Source of the DNA: Asterias rubens
Lineage: Eukaryota
Length of the DNA stretch: 64,000 nt
NCBI RefSeq assembly: GCF_902459465.1
Contig: NC_047062.1
Span: 26,102,001 to 26,166,000, forward strand
Direction of reading: 5' to 3'
Within the stretch, counting starts at the first letter, position 1. Each line of letters opens with the position of its first letter. Made by a program: the position numbers and the translations under genes. Under the pieces are notes generated by a model, which saw only the letters and a program-made list of their open reading frames with translations, was not told where the DNA came from and ran no database searches. Of this stretch, positions 60,693 to 64,000 are shown in pieces.

Positions 60693-60938
60693 CTGGGCCC
60701 AATTTCATAGTGCTGCTAAGCACACAAATTTGCTAAGCATGAAATTTCTTCCTTGAAAAAAACAGGATTACCAACCAAATTTCCATTTGTTGCATATTGC
60801 TTGTTAATGGTACTTAGCTGTTGTTTGCTTATCCTGAAAATCACGTGGAAATTTTGATGGTTACCTTGTTTTTATCAAGGAAGAAACTTCATGCTTAGCA
60901 AATTTTTGTGCTTAGCAGCTCTATGAAATTGGGTCCAG
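60693..60938. mobile_element. 246-bp MITE with long imperfect TIRs
   Basis: CTGGGCCCAATTTCATAG.GCTGCTAAGCAC...AAATTTGCTAAGCATGAA mirrored at the right end; fragments of the family at ~50810, ~51870, ~60110. Confidence 0.8.
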
Positions 60939-62299
60939 CACAGGTTGAGTATGGTGGCATATTGGCTACTCTACGTCCCGACACCCCATGTTCCAATATA
61001 AGATCTTTCCGTTAAAGACACTATTGGTAATTGTCAAAGACCTGTCTTCTCACTCGTCATTAGCTTCGATGAAATAATTTAGCTCATACCAATTAGTAAA
61101 CACAACGGAAACTGTATTTATTCATCATTAATGATGATATTGTCGAAAACTAACGCCTTCGCATTTAATTAGTATGAGCATTGAGCCAGATAAAAGCCTT
61201 GAAAAGCTATTGTGTCCATTTTATCCTTACAAAAAAATATTCGAGAGCCGATTATTGTTCCCAATGGGAGCTTGTACTTTTATACAATCATTACCAAAAG
61301 GGTAAAAAAATGTGCATAAATATTAAGCTATCTTTTAAAAATTGAACTACGATTCCAGTTGTTTACTGCAAGAATCTTGAAAAATTGGTTTTCAGAAACT
61401 CGGGCGGTGCAGCGACTAGAGGGTTAGCTTACAACGGAGTTTGCACGTAGCCTGGAACTTTTGTCGAATCCGGGAATAAAGACAACCATTTTTAAAATTC
61501 ATGTTTTGGTAATGTAGGCCCAACCAAGTCTTAAAAATCACACATTGGAGGAAATGGATTTTAGTTACACATCCACCCTCGCTTTGCTTTTTAATCTGCA
61601 AATTAAGGTAAAACCATTGTTAACCACCTACGTTCCTCCGCGGTTCCGCCGGTCAGCTCATAAGCTGGACCTTACATTGGCCGACCGGTCGCTCCGCGGA
61701 GCCCCCGGAATATTCATGTTTATTGACATGTAAATGAGCCGTCGTGGCCGTGGACATGCCCGGTTGCTACGGGTTCGTTTGTTACAAAAATCCGCGGACT
61801 CCCGCAGAATGCACGCGGAATGGAACAGCTTGGAGGTTTTGACAAGGCGCCTAAATGCAAAGGCATTGTTTCCGACAATATCATCATGATGAAAGACAGT
61901 TTCGTTTTTGTTTACAAATGAGCGTTTTGTTCGGGCAAGAACTTAAACTATCCATTTCATCATCTAGCGTCGACATTTGCAAGTCAACTTTGAAGGGGAG
62001 AATTAATAATGAAAACAACTACATGCAGATGGATTGACCAATGCGTTTGACTATAACATTTTTATATTGATGTTACTTTTCTTTATATAAAAAAACACAA
62101 GCTAGCGAGGTTTCCTCCTACCGCTTGTTACAGTGTATCGCTTTCCTATGCGGCTGGGCACACGTGGCCGGATGGTTATATAACTGCCAATGAACCGAGT
62201 TTGGGTTTGTTTTTGCTCGTTTGTCTTTTGTTTTGTTGGTTTTGTGCTTTGATTTTTTTTGGAACAAGGGTTTGCAACAGTTACTGACGTTATTTTTTT

Positions 62300-62749
62300 T
62301 TACTGTTCCCTGTTTCGAAAAATAAGCCCTTTGGCGACCTTTTTGAAAGTTTTGTCCCTCCAGTAATATATAAATGTATTAAGCCATGAATTGCAGAATC
62401 GCAGAATTTCCAACCAAACAGTAACTCCATGGTTAGAATCAAGCACAAACGGATAAACTATAATGGACGGAAACCAGGTCACAATGATAGTGACCGTAAT
62501 GATAAGAAATGTATGTTAAGATTTGGCGTTAGAGCGACGAAGCTGAGCGTTTACGTCCACCGCATTTAACCCCACCTCAGCCGCAGCTATACGCCGAGCC
62601 TGAAGTCGAGCTGTCAGTTATAACAGTTTAACATACAAAGTTATGATAATCAATGGTGGAACTGCGATAAAAGCAAACGCCATTAATATAGAAATTCTCT
62701 TGTTTGACTCTGCCGTTTCCTGATCTTCATTACTTGTGAATGTTACTTG
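62300..62749 (-). pseudogene. Class A (rhodopsin-like) GPCR pseudogene fragment, TM5-TM7 + helix 8
   Basis: One frame: ...RISILMAFAFIAVPPLIIITLYVKLL*LTARLQARRI...SNAKS*HTFLIITVTIIVTWFPSIIVY...ILRFCNSWLNTFIYYWRDKTFKK...*; W.P and NS..N..IY motifs, two in-frame TAA stops, 5' part missing. Confidence 0.82.
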
Positions 62750-64000
62750 TGAAATGTCTTATTTGATGAGAAATAAATAATCTAACTTCGCGTTTGGGGT
62801 TTATCGCTCAGCTCAGTGAGCGTTTAAAAAAAAATCCACAGGTTTGTCAGTTTATGTACAATGGTGGATTACATAAAGTGTTTACACTGCCAGCAACTGT
62901 TTTGTTAGCAAAAACCAATTCTGTCATGTTCCTTTAAAGTAACACGATGCCTTGGATCGGACGAGTTGGTCTATTAAAAGCGTTTGAAACCGTTTGTTAT
63001 GAAGTGCGTATGGTTAGAAAGATGTTTTAAAAGAAGAATATACTGATCCACAAAAGTATCACTCAAAATTGCACGGTTTTCCTTTTACGTCGCGAACTAT
63101 CCGGTCGGCCATTTATGAGAGTCAAAATTTGGACTCCCATAATGGCCGACCGTGTTAGTCGACGAGGTAAAAAGAAATCCACGCAGTTTCGAGTCATATT
63201 TGTGAAGATCATTGTATTATACTTTTACAATATCTTTCTAACCATATGCATATTATAACAAACGGTTACAGAACGCTTTTCAAAGACCAACTCGACCGAT
63301 CCAAGGCAACGTGTTCCTTTAAGCGCACAGGTACGATCATGAGTACATTTTATTTTACATACAAAGACACGTAAAATAAATATTGAGTCACTCTTGCATT
63401 CGACTAACTCAAGCACTTAGTTACTATTCATCATTGAAACAACGATTAATATTGATATACAACGAACATAGGCGATAACTGCTACATCAGTGGTTTTCAG
63501 TGATTTTGCCTGTGCACGAATTAATTAAGTTTGATAACTACAACCTCTTTTACATAAATATATGTGTCCGACCTTGTTCCTTAATCAGGAAGTTTTATCA
63601 TGAAACAATGTTTTTGCTTGTTCTCAACCATTTTACAATCTTGTTTGCTTGGATGTAAAACAGAGAGCCTTTAATCACAAGAAGAACACAATACGGGTGT
63701 TACAACGGCGCTCTATACAGAATACAGCACTCCATAATCAACGACAGAACCAAAACAAAAGAAAAGAAAATAATACTTTGATACAGAGAGATCATAAGCA
63801 TACGGGATGAATTAAGTTTTGAGTTGGCACTTGAAGGTCGTAGATGCAACTCCCATAAAAAGCACTCATCAGCTTTTCCACAATCTACAACAACAAAGAA
63901 TGGGGTGTCCTCAAGCCTTCCTTTACGATGCGCGGAACAGTCGGCAAGGTGACATCAGCAGGTGAGCAAAAGCCCCATGCATCCTTCAGACCCATCAGTT
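62750..64000 (+). repeat. Local segmental duplication, copy 2 (runs off the window)
   Basis: Matches 56581-57717; starts inside MITE family D. Confidence 0.93.
62938..63318. mobile_element. TTAA MITE family B (full length, internal hairpin)
   Basis: TIRs plus CGGTCGGCCATTTATG.GAGTC-AAAATTT-GGACTCCCATAATGGCCGACCG. Confidence 0.9.

Overview
Eukaryotic, AT-rich, intron- and repeat-rich animal DNA. The repeat families and gene content look like an echinoderm, probably a sea star; this is an inference, not verified. Left half (- strand): two tandemly duplicated paralogs of a secreted or cell-surface protein with a signal peptide and an F5/8 type C (discoidin) domain. Gene B (ATG 35609) continues into two SRCR exons. 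Gene A (ATG 14865) shows no further exon before the left edge. Both use a conserved GC-AG intron, and they differ mainly in the predicted ligand-binding loops. Intron 1 of gene B holds a near full-length but disabled Tx1-clade LINE sitting in a (GATT)n/(AATC)n microsatellite, next to a 102-bp 3'-end copy of the same family. Right half: a complete 9-coding-exon ADCK1 gene (+, 40054-49906, 537 aa), an intron-containing tRNA-Tyr(GTA), a class A GPCR pseudogene fragment, an R4/Dong-like LINE 3' end at (TAA)10, and a ~1.2 kb local duplication. Throughout are many non-autonomous DNA transposons (TTAA-flanked Kolobok-like, Harbinger-like, foldback, Helentron-like), minisatellites (51, 61, 19, ~125, ~133 bp), perfect hairpins and degenerate hammerhead-like motifs. 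All calls come from manual reading; no database searches were run.
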